DNA of 64,000 nt from NCBI GenBank assembly GCA_051294375.1, contig CM119265.1, positions 11,471,818 to 11,535,817 on the forward strand, written 5' to 3'. The translations under genes and the position numbers were made by a program. The stretch's first letter is position 1. Each line of letters opens with the position of its first letter. This stretch comes from Paraspadella gotoi (lineage: Eukaryota > Animalia > Chaetognatha). Under the pieces are notes generated by a model. It worked only from the letters and a program-made list of their open reading frames with translations, searched no databases and was not told where the DNA came from. Shown piece by piece: positions 25,001-38,300 of the stretch.

Positions 25001-28000
25001 CAGTGAATAGGAAAAAGAGAGAGGGAGAGAGACATGTAATTAAAAGAAAAAAGAGAGAGAGAAATATGAAAATAAAAGAGAGAAAATTTGTTTGTTTTGA
25101 TAAAACGTAAACAAAACATATTTAATAACTGTCCAGACTCAATTTTAAGCACATCAATGATGAGAAGATGTATATAAATTATCAGCTTCATAAACCCAAA
25201 TTTAATCATAAAAAAGGCAATCTATAATTTGGAACGACGACGACGACGCCACTTATGCGCAATAGTGTTACAATATCGTCGCAAACGCTTAGCGATTGCG
25301 ACGATAAAAACAGAAATTATTCAATATTCATCATTCAATAATGTATACTATTGGATATGGAGAGGGCGGTTCCCGCATGTTGACAAAGTCATTCAACTCC
25401 AGTCCAAGTTCCTCGAGAGACAAAATAGTTGAGACGTAGAGATCGAAATCCGGAAGAGGTTTTCCTAAAAAAAGCCAGTCTCAGTCATTACCGAACTTCG
25501 TGTCCTTCTGCCGGATCACGTGACCTTTTCCTCCAGATTCTCGTCGACGGCGACGGCGACGTCCTTCATTCTAAAATCTCAACGTCCGTTCCGGCTTTGC
25601 CTCTATCATCTTTCCTTTATCCCCCCTCGCTCTATCACGCTCTTACCCGGTTTTCCACTTCTTCCTTCTACCACTTGACCCCATCTACTTCACTACAGAA
25701 GGCTTCATATTATAAAATGTGGTACCCCTTTTTTGGGACCAGAACACGTTCTGAGAAAACTACTGAACCAAATTTATTGAAATTTGGAATGAACGATCCC
25801 TATGACATGTGAATACAAATAGAAACATCGAGGCAAATTTCAATAATTGACCCCTGAGCCGAGATATGGGCCCTCTGGGGGGTAACCCATTGGGGGAAAA
25901 AAATGGTCAAAAATTGTTTACAAATTTTTTAAATATTTTTGTTTTGAACAGTTGCAAAGACGTTTACTCTTCCACAAAAACCTATTTATTCCCTCAAAAA
26001 TGTTAGTTTACCTTAATTTTCATCTTCATGAACATCAGCTGTTCAAGTCAGATTTGGAATAATTTGGGAAAATTGGAAGTAAAACGATGAACCATGCATC
26101 TTCAAACAATGCTTAATTATTGAAAATGTATCAATTTTAGTTCTAAAATGTTTTTTTACATGTTTAAGACGTCAATGCACCTGATGCTACTAAAAAATAT
26201 TAAAATAAAAAAAAAATTTTTAGCCTTTTTTGGCCCCCCAGGGGTCCAGCCCCAAGACCCTATGTCTCATCTCGAACAAAATCTCGTACGTTTTTAAAAT
26301 CGGCTAACAAATAAATGATTTTTCGCTTAAAAAGTTTTTATTCGCATAAGAAAAATCTGGATTGACGAAAAATTTTGATACTAAAAAAAATAAAATTTGA
26401 GAAAAGAAAATTAATTTATAAACAGAAAGAAAAATTATATTTATAAATTATAAATAAAAGTTACAGGTTCTGAAAAAAAAAAAGAAAAAAAAATTTCATT
26501 GTCAAAAAATAATCTAATCAGCAGACGCAGCCCCTGAGAAAAAAAAATAAAAACCTGATGTTGCGTTAGCAAAATGATAACATGCGATGTCAAATTTTAC
26601 GAGTTCAATCCTAATTCAATTTTTTTTTAATAAAAACGCAGAGAGAGAGAGAGAGAGAAAAAAAAAGAAAGAAATCAAAAGGCAGCAGCAGAAGCAGCAG
26701 GAGAAAAGAGAGATAAAGAATAAGCCCCTGCAGAGCCAGCTGCAGACTCAAAAGTCAGCAGCAGAAAAAGAATAAGCCCCTGCAGAGCCAGCTGCAGACT
26801 CGTTTTTTTCCCTATGAATCAGTGACTCGGGAAAAGAGAGAGGGAGAGAGACATGTAATTAAAAGAGAAAAGAGAGAAAGAAATATAAAAATAAAAGAGA
26901 GAAAATTTGTTTGTTTTGATAAAACGTAAACAAAACATATTTAATAACTGTCCAGACTCAATTTTAAGCACATCGATGATGAGAAGCTATATATAAATTT
27001 TCAGCTTCATACACCCAAATTTAATCATAAAAAAAGCGATCTATAATTTGGAACGCCGACGACGCCACTTATGCGCAAAAGCGTTACAATATCGTCGCAA
27101 ACGCTTAGCGATTGCGACGATAAAAAATTAAATTTTTTATTTTAAAATCTATTTCCGTTTTTTGTTAAAGTTTTCGATCTTATAATTTATTATAATTTTT
27201 AGAACGAGAAAATTTTAGTATTTTTTGGCCCCCCAGGGGTCCACCCCCAGGGCCCTGTATCTCTTGTCAGGGGTTGAATATCAAAATTCGCCTCGATAGT
27301 TCTATTTATATCGTCATTAGGACTGTATATTAGAGTGGAGCACTCAAGAACAAAAAAATTATTTGAATGATCGAACAATGATATTTAGATGTGAGATAGT
27401 ATGATTAAATAGTACAAAAAATATTTTGTTTATATTATCTCGGGAACAGAATAGTAAAATATAATATATTTGTAGTAATATCCTTATAAAATAGTAAATT
27501 TTAAAAATAATTTTTATAAAACTTTTATTAAAGATTCAGATTCTTCATAAAAAGTTGAATCAAAAACATAAAACATGTTATCAAAAATTCTATCATCTTC
27601 AATGTTTAAAATAAAAAAAAGTGAAAATTCCTGACTTTTTTATTCTCTATAGTAAAAACTTATATATGTTAAAACGTTTTAGTCATTTTTTGTTATGGGT
27701 CTTAAACATCTAAAATATCATGCTAACATATTTTATAAAAAGTTCTTTAGTTTTTCTACAGGCGAATCCAAATCAGTTCTTAAAAATAAAAATAAATTAT
27801 TTTTGAAATTTGACGATTTTATAAGGATATTACTACATAAATAATAGAGTTCCCAGCCTCATCAAACTCTATACAAAGTTCTCACTCGGTCTGGTTTCCC
27901 ATTATTTTTGTCTTTCAACTCATTTTGAAACCCTGTACAAGCAAAAAAGGTTTTGGTTAATGAACCCAATTGAGCGTCAAAGTCATTGAGTAGTGATGCA

Positions 28001-30167
28001 AAAAAATTGTTTTAAAAATGAATGAATTTCATCAATTCAAGTGTTCTAACATGCTTTAATATAAAATTTTTACACTATTAACTGTTAAGAGAACTTAGCA
28101 GGCTGATTTTTCTAAGCTTGTCATATTAGATTAAAAAGAATATCTCATGATTATGGGGCGTGGCCTTAAGAATGAGGTCATTTAAGTCAACTGTTAAAAA
28201 ATATAGACAAATTAATGGTACAAAATTCAGAAAGCTGAGCTCCTGGCGATTCCGAAAATTGTATTCACTTTAAAACATTTTGGATGCATCTTACCCCATT
28301 TTATATCGGTTTTTTAATTTTATAAATATAAAATAAAAAGAAAACCTATCTGAATTAGTTGCAGCGGTCAAACGAAAAGGCCAATCCATCTGATAATTTT
28401 TCATGGAATTTTTTATTACTGAATTAGAAAAATGTAATAGCAGAGACCATTTTTTAAATTTCAACGTGTATCCCTGAAATAATGAAACGTTTTTTTATAC
28501 TTTAACCTGAATTCTTTCTAACTGAACGCGTTATCAAATGTCTCTCTATTACATTTTTACCCAAATGTTTTAAGATTGCTAAATCAAATTTTAATTTCAA
28601 TATTATTGCAGATCGTCTATGGCTGCAACCTCTTCAAATTCAGTGTAGATTCATTGTAGCTCGAAAATTTCTTTACCATCTATTTTAACTGAAGCATTTG
28701 TTTCATTGACTGGAAAACCAACAGAGTAACGAGATAATTGTATAATTCTCCCCCATTTCTAAACTAAACCCATACCTGTTTTTTAACTTCTTACTGAGAA
28801 TTTTTTTTAACAAAACAGATGAAAAAACAAATTCTTTTAAAAAATGTACTTACCCATTTAAACTTAACAATTTCTTATTTACCGATTTAAAAAAAAATTA
28901 TTTTAAAACACAATGTTGACATAAAATAAAAACTTTTTTTGTGTGATTACTGGTGGATTACGACTTGTATTTCTCGATGTATTAGCTCTAATACATCAAT
29001 GATTACGTATTTGTTTATGCTGAGATGACCTTTCCTCTTAACCGGAAGTGAGGTTTTACGTCAAATTATGTTAAAATTTTGACGAAATTAATTTTAAATG
29101 CAACAATAACAAAATGTTTAGTGCTTTTTAGGAATAAGATGGCATGTATTGGGATGATATTGAACTGGAAGAAGAGTGTTACAAAATTGTGTTCACAAAA
29201 TCTAATGAATTCTCCATAATAGACAACGCGATTATTCAATATTCATTCTATCTATGTCTTAACAACTATTAATTTCCAAGCTATTTTCGGTGAGTTAATG
29301 ATATTGGTGTGGTTTTTGTTAAATTAAATGGGATCATCATGGCCTTTCAAAGCCGTTATTAAGTTTGTCACATTCATTTGTCGTGGTTTATGCACATTTT
29401 TGAATTAAGTGAAATTATTTTTCTGACAGACAACGAATTTGTTTTTACTTTTCAAAATTTAAAATTGTACGTATTTGGTAATGTTCCTTTAAAACATTTG
29501 AACTTTTTTGACCCCGAACCCGACAAGACACAATGAAAATTTACTGTGAGCGGCCAGAAAACAATGTGTAAAAAACCACAACAAAACAAAGTATTATGTA
29601 GAATGAGACAATTATACCAATCAGGTAACTACTATGTTTAAGTGTTGTTTGGATATTTATTTTGACACTTCGGCAGAATTGTTTGGTCTGAAAAGTGACT
29701 TGACTGACATTTTTGCATTGGGGATTTGTATGTTGAAATATCTCCGAAATGAAGATATTCAATGATGTCATCAAAGAGAATGTTATTCCATCACCATGCT
29801 TACGATTCGTTTGCAGGCTTCTTTTTGTTAACTTGGTGGTTAAATTTTTGATATTTACATCATAAACAACTTTTGCCAATGTATGGATTGGAAGTTTAAA
29901 AAAGGTTTTCATTGCTCGCAAGTGCAGTTTTTCTATTTTCTCCCATTGGCTTTTGCTCGAGTTTATCCAAGTTGGACTAGAGTATTCAAAGATTGAAATG
30001 ACCAGACTGTTGTAGAGCTGAAGAACAGTTTTATAATTGTCATTAACTTTCTTTGCTATTTTATTGATTGCTAAGATTTTGCCCTTTGCTTTGTCTAATA
30101 AAGAATCAATGAATCTCGTCCATAAAAGTTTTTCATCTAAGACAATACCAAGCAATTTGAATTCTTT

Positions 30168-30204
<37 letters not shown>

Positions 30205-33200
30205 AAGAGAGGAGAGAGAGAAAGGTTTTCCAACAAAAAATTGAGAAAAGGACAGTGAGAAAAACCGCCTCATGGCTTTCACGTTGTGGCGCAAATCAAC
30301 GTTCCTACAAAAACTTAATTATTGTTGGATATAAGACATAAGATAAGGCATAAGATTTGGTGAGCCTCATAACACTTTTTTTTAATTTCATGTTTGCACA
30401 CTAGAGGAAGACTGAAGTCTTCAAAGTACTGTGCTATTTCGTTGTTGTCCATTAAAAACTTTCGTTTTCTCCAAAATTACAACAAAAGAGAGAAATAACA
30501 CAATGTTTTCAGCTCAACTAAATATATTGGGAGAAAATGTAGAAACTTTTTTATTCGCTGCAGTGTATAACAGCGTCGGATGGGAGGGCACTCAATTATT
30601 TAATTATTAATTAATTTATAATGATTTTTCTTTTTTTTAAAACGAAATTTCCAGTTTTTTACTGAAGATGAAATTGGATGACCATTAAGAAAAAGTTGTT
30701 TTACATAAAATATCAAATTAATCTTATGAAATTAAAATATAATAAACGTCCAGTACTTTTCTACAGAATGAGGAAAAAAATTCAAAAAATATTTATCTTA
30801 ATGAGAAATGGTACGCATTTTTTTGGTGTCACTCACGAATGGACACGTGGTACTATGTCTGAAATCAAACTTTAAATTATTTTTGGTATGACGTATATTT
30901 TCACTTTTTTTCTATTATTTATTATTTTATTTTTTGGAGGAGATCAGTGTTGACTTTTGGTAATAGAGGGAGCTTCTATAAAGCTCGAAAGGCTCGAAAG
31001 GCTACAAAGTACAAAATAAAAGATATAATAACCTAACCTTGATTTATATGCATAAATATATTGTTATCAATAGTTTTATATCAGTGTATTAAATTTTTTT
31101 TAAATTTTGCGTAAAATTAACTAAGAGAAATAGATTGGTTACTTTTTGTTGCATTTATAATCTATTTTATAATAATTAGAACAATAAAAACACTTATAGG
31201 CTGAAAACCTTACTTCCGGTTAAGGCCACGCCCCATTATAACAAGATATTTTTTTAAAATTAACAAAACAAAACTAGGAGAATAAGCTACTAGTGTTTTT
31301 TAGCTAATAATGGTGAAAAATCTTTATGTTACAGCATATTAAAACTCTTTCTTTAAAAATTATTATCATTTTTTGCCAAATTTTTTTGCATCAGTACTAG
31401 TTCACTTTGACGCTCTATTGGGTTTATTAGCAAAAACATTTTTTGGTCAAACAGGCTTTTAAAGTGAATTTAAGACAAGAAATAATGGGAAACCGGACCG
31501 AGTGAGAACTTAGTATGGGGTTTTTTTAGACTGGGGAACTCTAATAAATAATTGAATTTGCTATTCTGTTATACTAAAAAAATTTTTAAAAGGATTTAAA
31601 ATTCATTAATTATTATATGTCCGTAGGCAGCAAAAAAATAATGTTCAATCACTCAATCTTTTCATCACTCCACCCTACTGTATATGTAAAATTTCATAAA
31701 ATTCGATCGAGTACTTTGGTGGGAACAGATTCTGGTCACAAAAAAGGGGTACCACATTTTATAATATGAAGCCTTCTGTATACTGTACAAATGTTAAACA
31801 AACTCTCGTCGTAATCTGTCGATCTTATTAACCTTTTGTAAGTGTTTGCTTGAGGGGTATTGAAGGCGTGAAGAAATAGAGGGAAAATAATGGTATATTT
31901 CACGAAGAGTAGAAACGAGAGAATGTATCGCTAGATAAAATATACTGAGGGGCAGGAGGAGGAAAGAAGAAGAAGAGGAAGAGGAGAATTGGACGGCAGG
32001 CCAAATCCTCCTCTGCGTCCCCCTTCTTGACCAAGATGTAATGTCCAGGCCCCCAATGGCGTGGCATTACATCGTCATGCTTCCCTCTGGACTAAAAAAC
32101 AAAGACACAGAACTAAAAAAGTGAGAGAAGTCACAAACTAAAACTATTGGATTTCTATCAAAGCTACTATTTAAATGATTAAAAGTTTTTTTTTAATTTA
32201 TGTCATAGTCATTGACAAATTATGCCACTGCACCATGACTGATATTGATTCTTAAAAAAAGGGCAATGGTAAAGTCTGAGCCAAAAATGCAGCAAACTTC
32301 TGGCGCAACCATGGTCGTAAGTCTATTTCCATCAGTTTAGGGTAAGTATTTTTGCGTTTTCCAAAAGCTGGTTGCCTTCTTTGGTCTTGAGGCACACGTC
32401 GATGAGGGGGGATATAGATTTTTTCAGCGCAGGTTTGAGGGATCATGTATTCTTTCCAGGGTCCAGTTCTTTCATTTCTTGATTTTGTTTCCCATTTCTT
32501 GACCGGAGACTGATAAGAGCAGGCTTGATTTTTGGGTTGATTTTTGTTTAAGTTGATTCTTGCAAATGAAGTTTCTCCTTGGATTTTTCCAGCTGAAGTA
32601 TCTCCTGCTTGAGTTTTTACATCTTAAGCTTTGTCTTTGACAGTTTGTAAGTTGGTCTGCACTTGAGAATCAGTCTTGGCAACATTGGTTTGAGTTGAAA
32701 CTGAATCAGAAATGATGGTGGTTTGGGTAGTTTTTGAACAGGAGGTTGAGTAGGGTTGTTAAAGAGTTTATAATGATTTTTATCTGAATTGAGCCCTGAC
32801 CTTTATTTTTTAATAGCTCAAATATCTGAATTTAAAGTTTAATTGAATGACTCCAATAGTTCTGTTTTAAAGTCTCTAATTGGTTGAATTTTATACCTTG
32901 AATTTGAATATCTGGTCTCTCATTGGTTAATAATAACTAGTAGATGTTTTGATCTAATTCTTAAAATGTTAACTCTTCTCTCATTGGTTGTTATAATGTT
33001 GTCCTTGTATATAAAAGAAGAGTAAATTCTTAGTTTTTGGGAGATTCCTCTGAGACCATCAGGTATTAAATGATATTTGTGAAATTATTTGAATATGGTA
33101 ATTAATTTTAAGCTTTTATGTAGCTTTGAGCTGTTGCTGCGTCTTGGCTCTGTTGCTGCATCTTGATTCTACTGCTACTGTTGCTGCGTATCGGCTCTAT

Positions 33201-35144
33201 TGCTGCTGCTGCATTTTGGTTCTCTGTCATTCTGATGCACGTTTCTCAATGATTATTGGATATTGAATACTTAATAAAGTTATTATTCTATTTTTATCTT
33301 TTGATATATGGATTGAGTTAATATTAAGTCGAGATTAAGCACTGCTCAAACAATGTTCTCATCTGAAACTGAGAAACCCCCTAAGGAATCTTCTTCAAGG
33401 GTATTTTAGTCTGAGTTGATTTATTGCAACTAGCCTTGGGTTTTGAGGTCTGGGTTGAAGCATTGACTTGAGTTGAATAGGTTTGAGTTGAGGTGGAGAC
33501 AGTTTGGGTTTTTAAAGGAAGAGGGGACATATGTGTATTCTGCACCAAAGTAAGTAGATCCATTATATTCTTGTCCAGAATTCGTGGGTTTGCATTATTA
33601 GTATGCAATCTTTTAGAAAAAATCATCAGGTTTTCCAAGATGTCAATATATTCTCCTTTGAGGTCATCAGAACTGATTTGATCTTTAAAGTTTATTGCGG
33701 CCATTTTTTTGGATTATGTTCAAGATTTAGGGTAGAAAAGGTATTGGTTTTTCTGAACAGTTATTTTAATTTATCTTTTTTTTTTGTCTTTCAAGGGAGC
33801 TAACGTTTTCTTTTTCCTTTTTCTTAAGAGGTTAAAGTCCAATCTTAGCTTTCGCCATTTTTAGTTGGAGAGAGAGTTGAAGCGATCTTGTTTTTAGTTC
33901 CAGGTTCAAAGTTTGATGTTTAGATTTTGAAAATTCCAAGTTTTGATTGACGAAGAGTGAGAGAAAGGAGAAGTTATCATGTAATTAACATAAAGTAGGG
34001 GTTTTTTTATACAATTTCTTTGTAGTGATTTTAATAGTTATTTTGTAAAATATATCTTTTTTTTTGATGGGAGTTTGTAAATTTGGTTTATTTTTAAGTT
34101 TGTTTTTGGTTGTTAGTGAAGAAAAATATGTTTTTTTTTATAGAATTTCGCGGTTTTTTTTTTTTTTTTGCTGAGGTTTGCACAGAAAACTAATCCACGG
34201 GAGTAGGGTGTCGAGCCGCGAAGAGGGCGTCACTTGAGGGGTATTGAAGGCGTGAAGAAATAGAGGGAAAATAATGGTATATTTCGCGAAGAGTAGAAAC
34301 GAGAGAATGTATCACTAGACAAAATATACTGAGGGCAGGAGGAGAAAGAAGAAGAAGAGGAAGAGGAGAATTGGACGTCAGGCCAAATCCTCCTCTGGTT
34401 TGAAAATATAAACAATTGATATTTGTTTACAAACAATACAGTTAATTAGCCATCGTCGGGGTTTATGTGATTTATTATTTATCTCTGGTGGTTTATATTG
34501 TTTGTATTGAGTGGCTAAGCCGAGCTTACCTGAGAGGTCATTGTTATAACTATTGCTTACCGATGCTTGCCTTTTGCTTACCTCCAGTTCTTGATCTCTA
34601 AAGACTCATTAAATCCTGAATTAAAAAATTATCAAATTAAGCGCAATTTATCACCGGCGGCGACGCAGTCCTCGTCGGTGTTGTAGAACCTCGCCTCCAA
34701 TCCCGTGTCGTTGTTTTCGCCGGCCTCGATCTCAAATTTTCGGCGCAACAATTCCTGACATTCGACGTCGATTTTTAAAAAAAGATTTTGAAACGTCAAC
34801 GAATCTCAAGGCGTCTCCCTGACATCACCTACCTGCTTCAAAGTATCGAGAGAGTAGGCGCGTTCCTCTTGACGCAACATCGCCACCATGTCGTACGGAC
34901 GACGAAGATCGAAAGCGGAATCGTGCTAAAAAGAAATTTAAAATAGAACCTAATTCTGAACAAACATTTTTGGCAATTACTATTACAATTGCTGAAGCAT
35001 TGTACTTTCATATTATCAGTCTGGCACCTGCGGATGGACTCTCCCTTCCTCCGTGACGAACCAATGCGTCGTCGTCTCGCAAGACGATAGGATGGAGACG
35101 AAGACGACGATGAAAACGACAATCATCATAGACGTCTTCAGCAT
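13013..35144 (-). CDS. TTC17: Tetratricopeptide repeat protein 17 (signal peptide, TPR modules); 18 exons found, 3' end not found
   Basis: Phase-consistent GT-AG exons: 35144-35028, 34925-34833, 34754-34655, 25464-25349, 24082-23848, 23375-23215, 23147-22735, 22683-22368, 22300-22101, 21987-21690, 21612-21521, 21451-21376, 16941-16846, 14554-14256, 14172-13940, 13845-13531, 13459-13263, 13192-13013. Motifs TTHWFVTEEG, DTGLEARF..DEDC, SWVLYNMAAFFWRVKG, KDVALLSLANVLHRA, LGNIYAVLGDYN, QHASLQKTLEDLKEYQK and DVPLVALASLL match TTC17 as I recall it. Confidence 0.93.
17085..17420. repeat. Minisatellite: about 8 copies of 23-bp GATGCGATGATAACCAAATGATT preceded by GATGTAATAGTAATT units
   Basis: Head-to-tail units at 17211, 17234 and onward, with no spacers. 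Confidence 0.9.
18139..18843 (-). mobile_element. HINE family 1 copy
   Basis: AACAAGTTTGAGCAAACAATGTCGGATCTGC at one end; GATCTGCTTATAAGCAGATCC hairpin plus AAAA at the other. Confidence 0.7.
18925..19003 (-). ncRNA. Twister ribozyme, type P5 (3' LTR copy, family A)
   Basis: AUGUAG AAA GUGG GA UGG ACCGGG U^AA CCC GCC [UGUAGGC AUGG GCCUAC UA] CCAGA UCCAAAGC UCU UGA CUACAU. Confidence 0.7.
19275..19307 (-). promoter_or_regulatory. Extended primer-binding site complementary to the 3' 33 nt of tRNA-Trp including CCA
   Basis: The plus strand reads GGGTTGTGTGTTCGTATCACGTCGGGCTCACCA; animal tRNA-Trp ends AGGTTGCGTGTTC(A/G)AATCACGTCGGGGTCACCA. Confidence 0.85.
19377..19457 (-). ncRNA. Twister ribozyme, type P5 (5' LTR copy, family A)
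   Basis: UCAUGAAG AAA GUGG GA UGG ACCUGG U^AA CCC GCC U GUAGGC AUGG GCCUAC U G CCAGA UCCAAAGC UCUGG A CUACAUGA. T1 is UGG:CCA, T2 is GC:GC, P4 is CCAGA:UCUGG. Predicted cut between 19431 and 19430. Confidence 0.78.
19461..19522 (-). promoter_or_regulatory. tRNA-like Pol III internal promoter in the family A LTR (second copy at about 19008-19069)
   Basis: A box TGGCTCAGTGG, B box GGTTCGAGCCC, closing stem CCTCAG/CTGAGG, hairpin GCAC-CATCCCAAT-GTGC. Confidence 0.7.
20902..21047 (+). mobile_element. Truncated solo LTR (family C): hairpin, tRNA-like module and 5' half of a twister
   Basis: TGGTGGATT-AA-AATCCACCA hairpin. tRNA-like segment 20935-21006 (GCGGCCA/TGGCCGC stem, B box GGTTCTAGCCC). 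Then GAGG GA CGG GGCGCT TAA CCC GCC TGTA. ACTC occurs on both flanks. Confidence 0.6.
23512..23757. mobile_element. Foldback/MITE-like near-perfect inverted repeat in a TTC17 intron
   Basis: Arms of about 115 bp (TTTGATTTGGTCTTTTCATGCC...AGAGACTTCTGT) around a short loop. Confidence 0.8.
24133..25310 (-). mobile_element. HINE-like family 2 (other copies at about 26342-27126 and 36745-37537)
   Basis: Shared ATTGCATAAGAAAAATCTGG start, purine-rich microsatellites and terminal hairpin ATCGTCGCAAACGCTTAGCGATTGCGACGAT plus AAAAA. Subterminal ATCGTCGCAA repeat in the 36745 copy. Confidence 0.6.
27331..31679 (+). mobile_element. hAT-like element (TAGAGTGGAG...CTCCACCCTA termini) with nested insertions
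   Basis: Same termini and subterminal sequence as 40434-41062 and 49877-50765. Confidence 0.5.
29760..30167 (-). pseudogene. 5'-truncated non-LTR retrotransposon (LINE) RT C-terminal fragment
   Basis: FKLLGIVLDEKLLW...LQLYNSLVISIFEYSSPTW...IEKLHLRAMK is the typical post-RT region of LINE ORF2. Confidence 0.85.
31849..34397 (-). mobile_element. Non-autonomous LTR-type element with a decayed ORF
   Basis: Direct repeats of about 165 bp (31849-32015, 34233-34397), 5-bp TSD GTTTG, PPT AAGAAGGGGG before the 3' LTR and a degenerate PBS-like TGACGCCC...GGCTCGACACCC. Broken ORF at 33704-32252. Confidence 0.75.
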
Positions 35145-35391
35145 CCTCGTAGATAAATGATTCCGCGTCGCAAAACAGAGTTCGATTTGAGACAAGGTCT
35201 CAATTTCCAGAAAGCCTATCCCATTGTACGCTGTTCGTTTAACAGAGATTCTGATACGTTACGTAATTTATGCATTTTTAAACTTTAAATCGCTAAGAAA
35301 AAATAATAAAGAGTAAAATGCAAAGCAAAAATAATGGCCCTCTACCTCTAGCCTCTACTATGCGACCCTCGATTTAAGTAAAATACTAGTA

Positions 35392-38300
35392 CATGGTGAC
35401 AATTTTACAAGCGCCGGTAGAAATACGCTGTCATTTGCGAACGAGTGGTTATTTCATTGATTTTAAAAATTAGTTGAGTACAACCATTAAAGTCATTTAT
35501 GTGTTCAAATTTTATATTGATCAGTTAAGATATGCCTTGGCAATGAGTGGAGAAAGTTGGCTTGTAAAATCGGGTTTCATTTTCTAACTTACTTTTTTAG
35601 ATCAATTTTTTTCTTACTTTCAGTAAGTGTTCTGAAGAAATTTAAAATAAAATATAATACTATTATTATCTTCTGAAAGCCCTTTCAAATCTAAAGAGAA
35701 TGACATACTTGCAAATACTGTAGTATAAAATTTAACCGGCCAAGCTTTAATTTAATGAAGATACTCAAAAACAGAACATCTTTCCAAAAATGAATAGCTG
35801 GAGGGTAAATTAAGATTTTATCAACTTTGTTAATCTCTCAAACAACGAAAAGAAAGGATAATTACCATGAAGATTTTTATCAAATTGTGATTGGCTATCT
35901 TAAATCTCCTTTTTTCAGGCTCTTTCATGATACTTATATAATAATAATTTAGTTATAAATTTACTCAGGTTATATAATTTTAAAAAAAGATTTGAAATTT
36001 TAGATAATTAACTTTTGACTCTCTTAATTGAACCAAGGCTGGGCAGCTTAATTTTTATGAAAATTGCAAATTACTTGTTTCACTATTTTCTATTTTATAA
36101 TTTTATGAAGGATTTAGTATTTAATCTTATTATTTAAATCAAAATAATATTGCTTTCTTTCTTAAAAATGTTTATTTATCTAAATAATTCATTTGGGAAG
36201 GGGAAGTCAGTGTTGTCTCTGGAAATAGAGGGACACTCATTACAACACAAGGTTAGATTACTATCTGTCCTAGTTTTCATAATAGATTATCACACATCAT
36301 TTCTGTCTAGAAAGTCATTAATGAACAAATCATAAATCTAAGAGGCTGAACAGAAAGGGGTGGAATGATAATTGTTTGAGGGGTGACCAAAGTTTATATA
36401 TGATTTTTTTACCAATAGGGATAAGACTACCATGTAGAATTGTATGTTCTGATAGCGATACATTACCGCGGAAAGGTCTATAGGCACCTATGTCATGAAT
36501 ATAATTTTAAAGTTATATTTTTTCTTTATTCTACTTTTTAATTGTTTCTTTTTGAATATTTTTTTATCTTTTATTTTTATACACATGGGAAGGTCACTCA
36601 GTTGGGAACCTATACCCTTCATGGATTTCGGCTCTTTATGTAAGAGCTTTTGTAAGTATATCATTCTCTTCATTTTTTAAGGGCTTTCTGAGGATATTAA
36701 TATTGTTAATATCTTAATAAATACTTTGTTTAAAAATCTTAAAAGCATAAGGATCGTCGCAATTGCATAAGAAAAATCTGGATTGATGACAAATTTTGAT
36801 ACTAAAAAAAATCAATTTTGAAAAAAAAAAAAAATTTATAAACAGAAAGAAAAAGAGGAAAAGAATAAATAAAGAATAGAAAAAAAAGGAAAGAAAGAAT
36901 AGAAAAAGAAAAAATAGAAAGGAAAGAAAGAATAGAAAGGAAAGAAAGAATAGAAAGGAAAAAAAGAAAAGAAAGAATAGAAAGGAAAGAAAGAATAGAA
37001 AGGAAAGAAAGAATAGAAAGGGGAAAAAAAGAAAATTAATTTATAAACAGAAAGAAAAATTCTATTTTGCGATTGTCAATTTACAGTTTCTGAAAAAAAA
37101 AAGAAAAAAAAGAGAAAAAAAAAAGAAAAAAAAAACCTTTTTCATTGTCTAAGTATAAATATAAAACAGTAAAATAACTTATTTTCGAGTTTAATTTTTA
37201 GCAAGTGCTAAGACTGGAGTAACATTATTGAAGGTACTTTTGTTTTACTTTAGTTTGATCGAATGCGACCTCTCTAAACACTGTCAGCATTCCCAGATAA
37301 TTTTACGAGTTCAATCCAATTCAATTTTTTTTTTAATAAAAACACACAGAGAGAGAGAGAGAAAAGAAAGAAATCAAATGGCANNNNNNNNNNNNNNNNN
37401 NNNNNNNNNNNNNNNNNNNNNNNNNNNNNNNNNNNNNNNNNNNNNNNNNNNNNNNNNNNNNNNNNNNNNNNNNNNNNNNNNNNNNNNNNNNNNNNNNNNN
37501 NATCGTCGCAAACGCTTAGCGATTGCGACGATAAAAAATAGCTAAAAGTTGAAAACAAAAAGAATTTAAAAACAGCGAGTTGGAAAATGAAACCCGATTT
37601 TACAAGCCAACTTTCTCCACTCATTGCCAAGGCATATCTTAACTGATCAATATAAAATTTGAACACATAAATGACTTTAATTGGGGATGAGCATCGTTTC
37701 TAAACAACTGATTGTTTTATATCAAATTTGGTAGCGTTCGATAGACAATTGCAAACATTATCTACATGCATAATTTCATCATAATCCGACAATCCGTTCA
37801 AAAGTAATCGCCAAAAAGCAATCGCAAAAATCGCTCTTCAAACCGATCAACTTTCCTTTAAAATCGAGCTCGTTTTGATCCAACAAAGATTAGTACTATG
37901 CGTAGTACTAAGCTTTAGAACCGGCGCACAGTGAGATCCTGGGCCTGAATTTTTCAGAAAAATCCCGTTTAGTTAAAAATATTTTTTATTATATATTAAT
38001 TATAAAAATAATTTTTTAAAAATGTATTTAAATTTACAATAATTAAAACATAATTTTTTAGAATTTTAAATAAATAAAATAAAATTATTTTATAATAAAT
38101 ATATATTTATTATCAGAAAATTAAAATAATAATAATAATAAAATAATAAAAATAATAATTATAATTAAAAAAATAAAATTAAAAAATAAAATTTTGATAT
38201 TTTATTTATTATTATTATTTTATTATTATTGTTATTATTTTATTATTATTATTATTAAAATAAAAAATTAAAATTTTTTTGGATTTATTATATTTAATAT

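Noticed and set aside
25465-25570. Extra TTC17 exon with a 27-nt intron, or an in-frame TGA (selenocysteine) at 25481-25483
   Set aside because: Exon 34754-34655 splices in phase directly to 25464 and supplies the conserved Cys (DEDCVAAGKPLP), so this segment is intronic.
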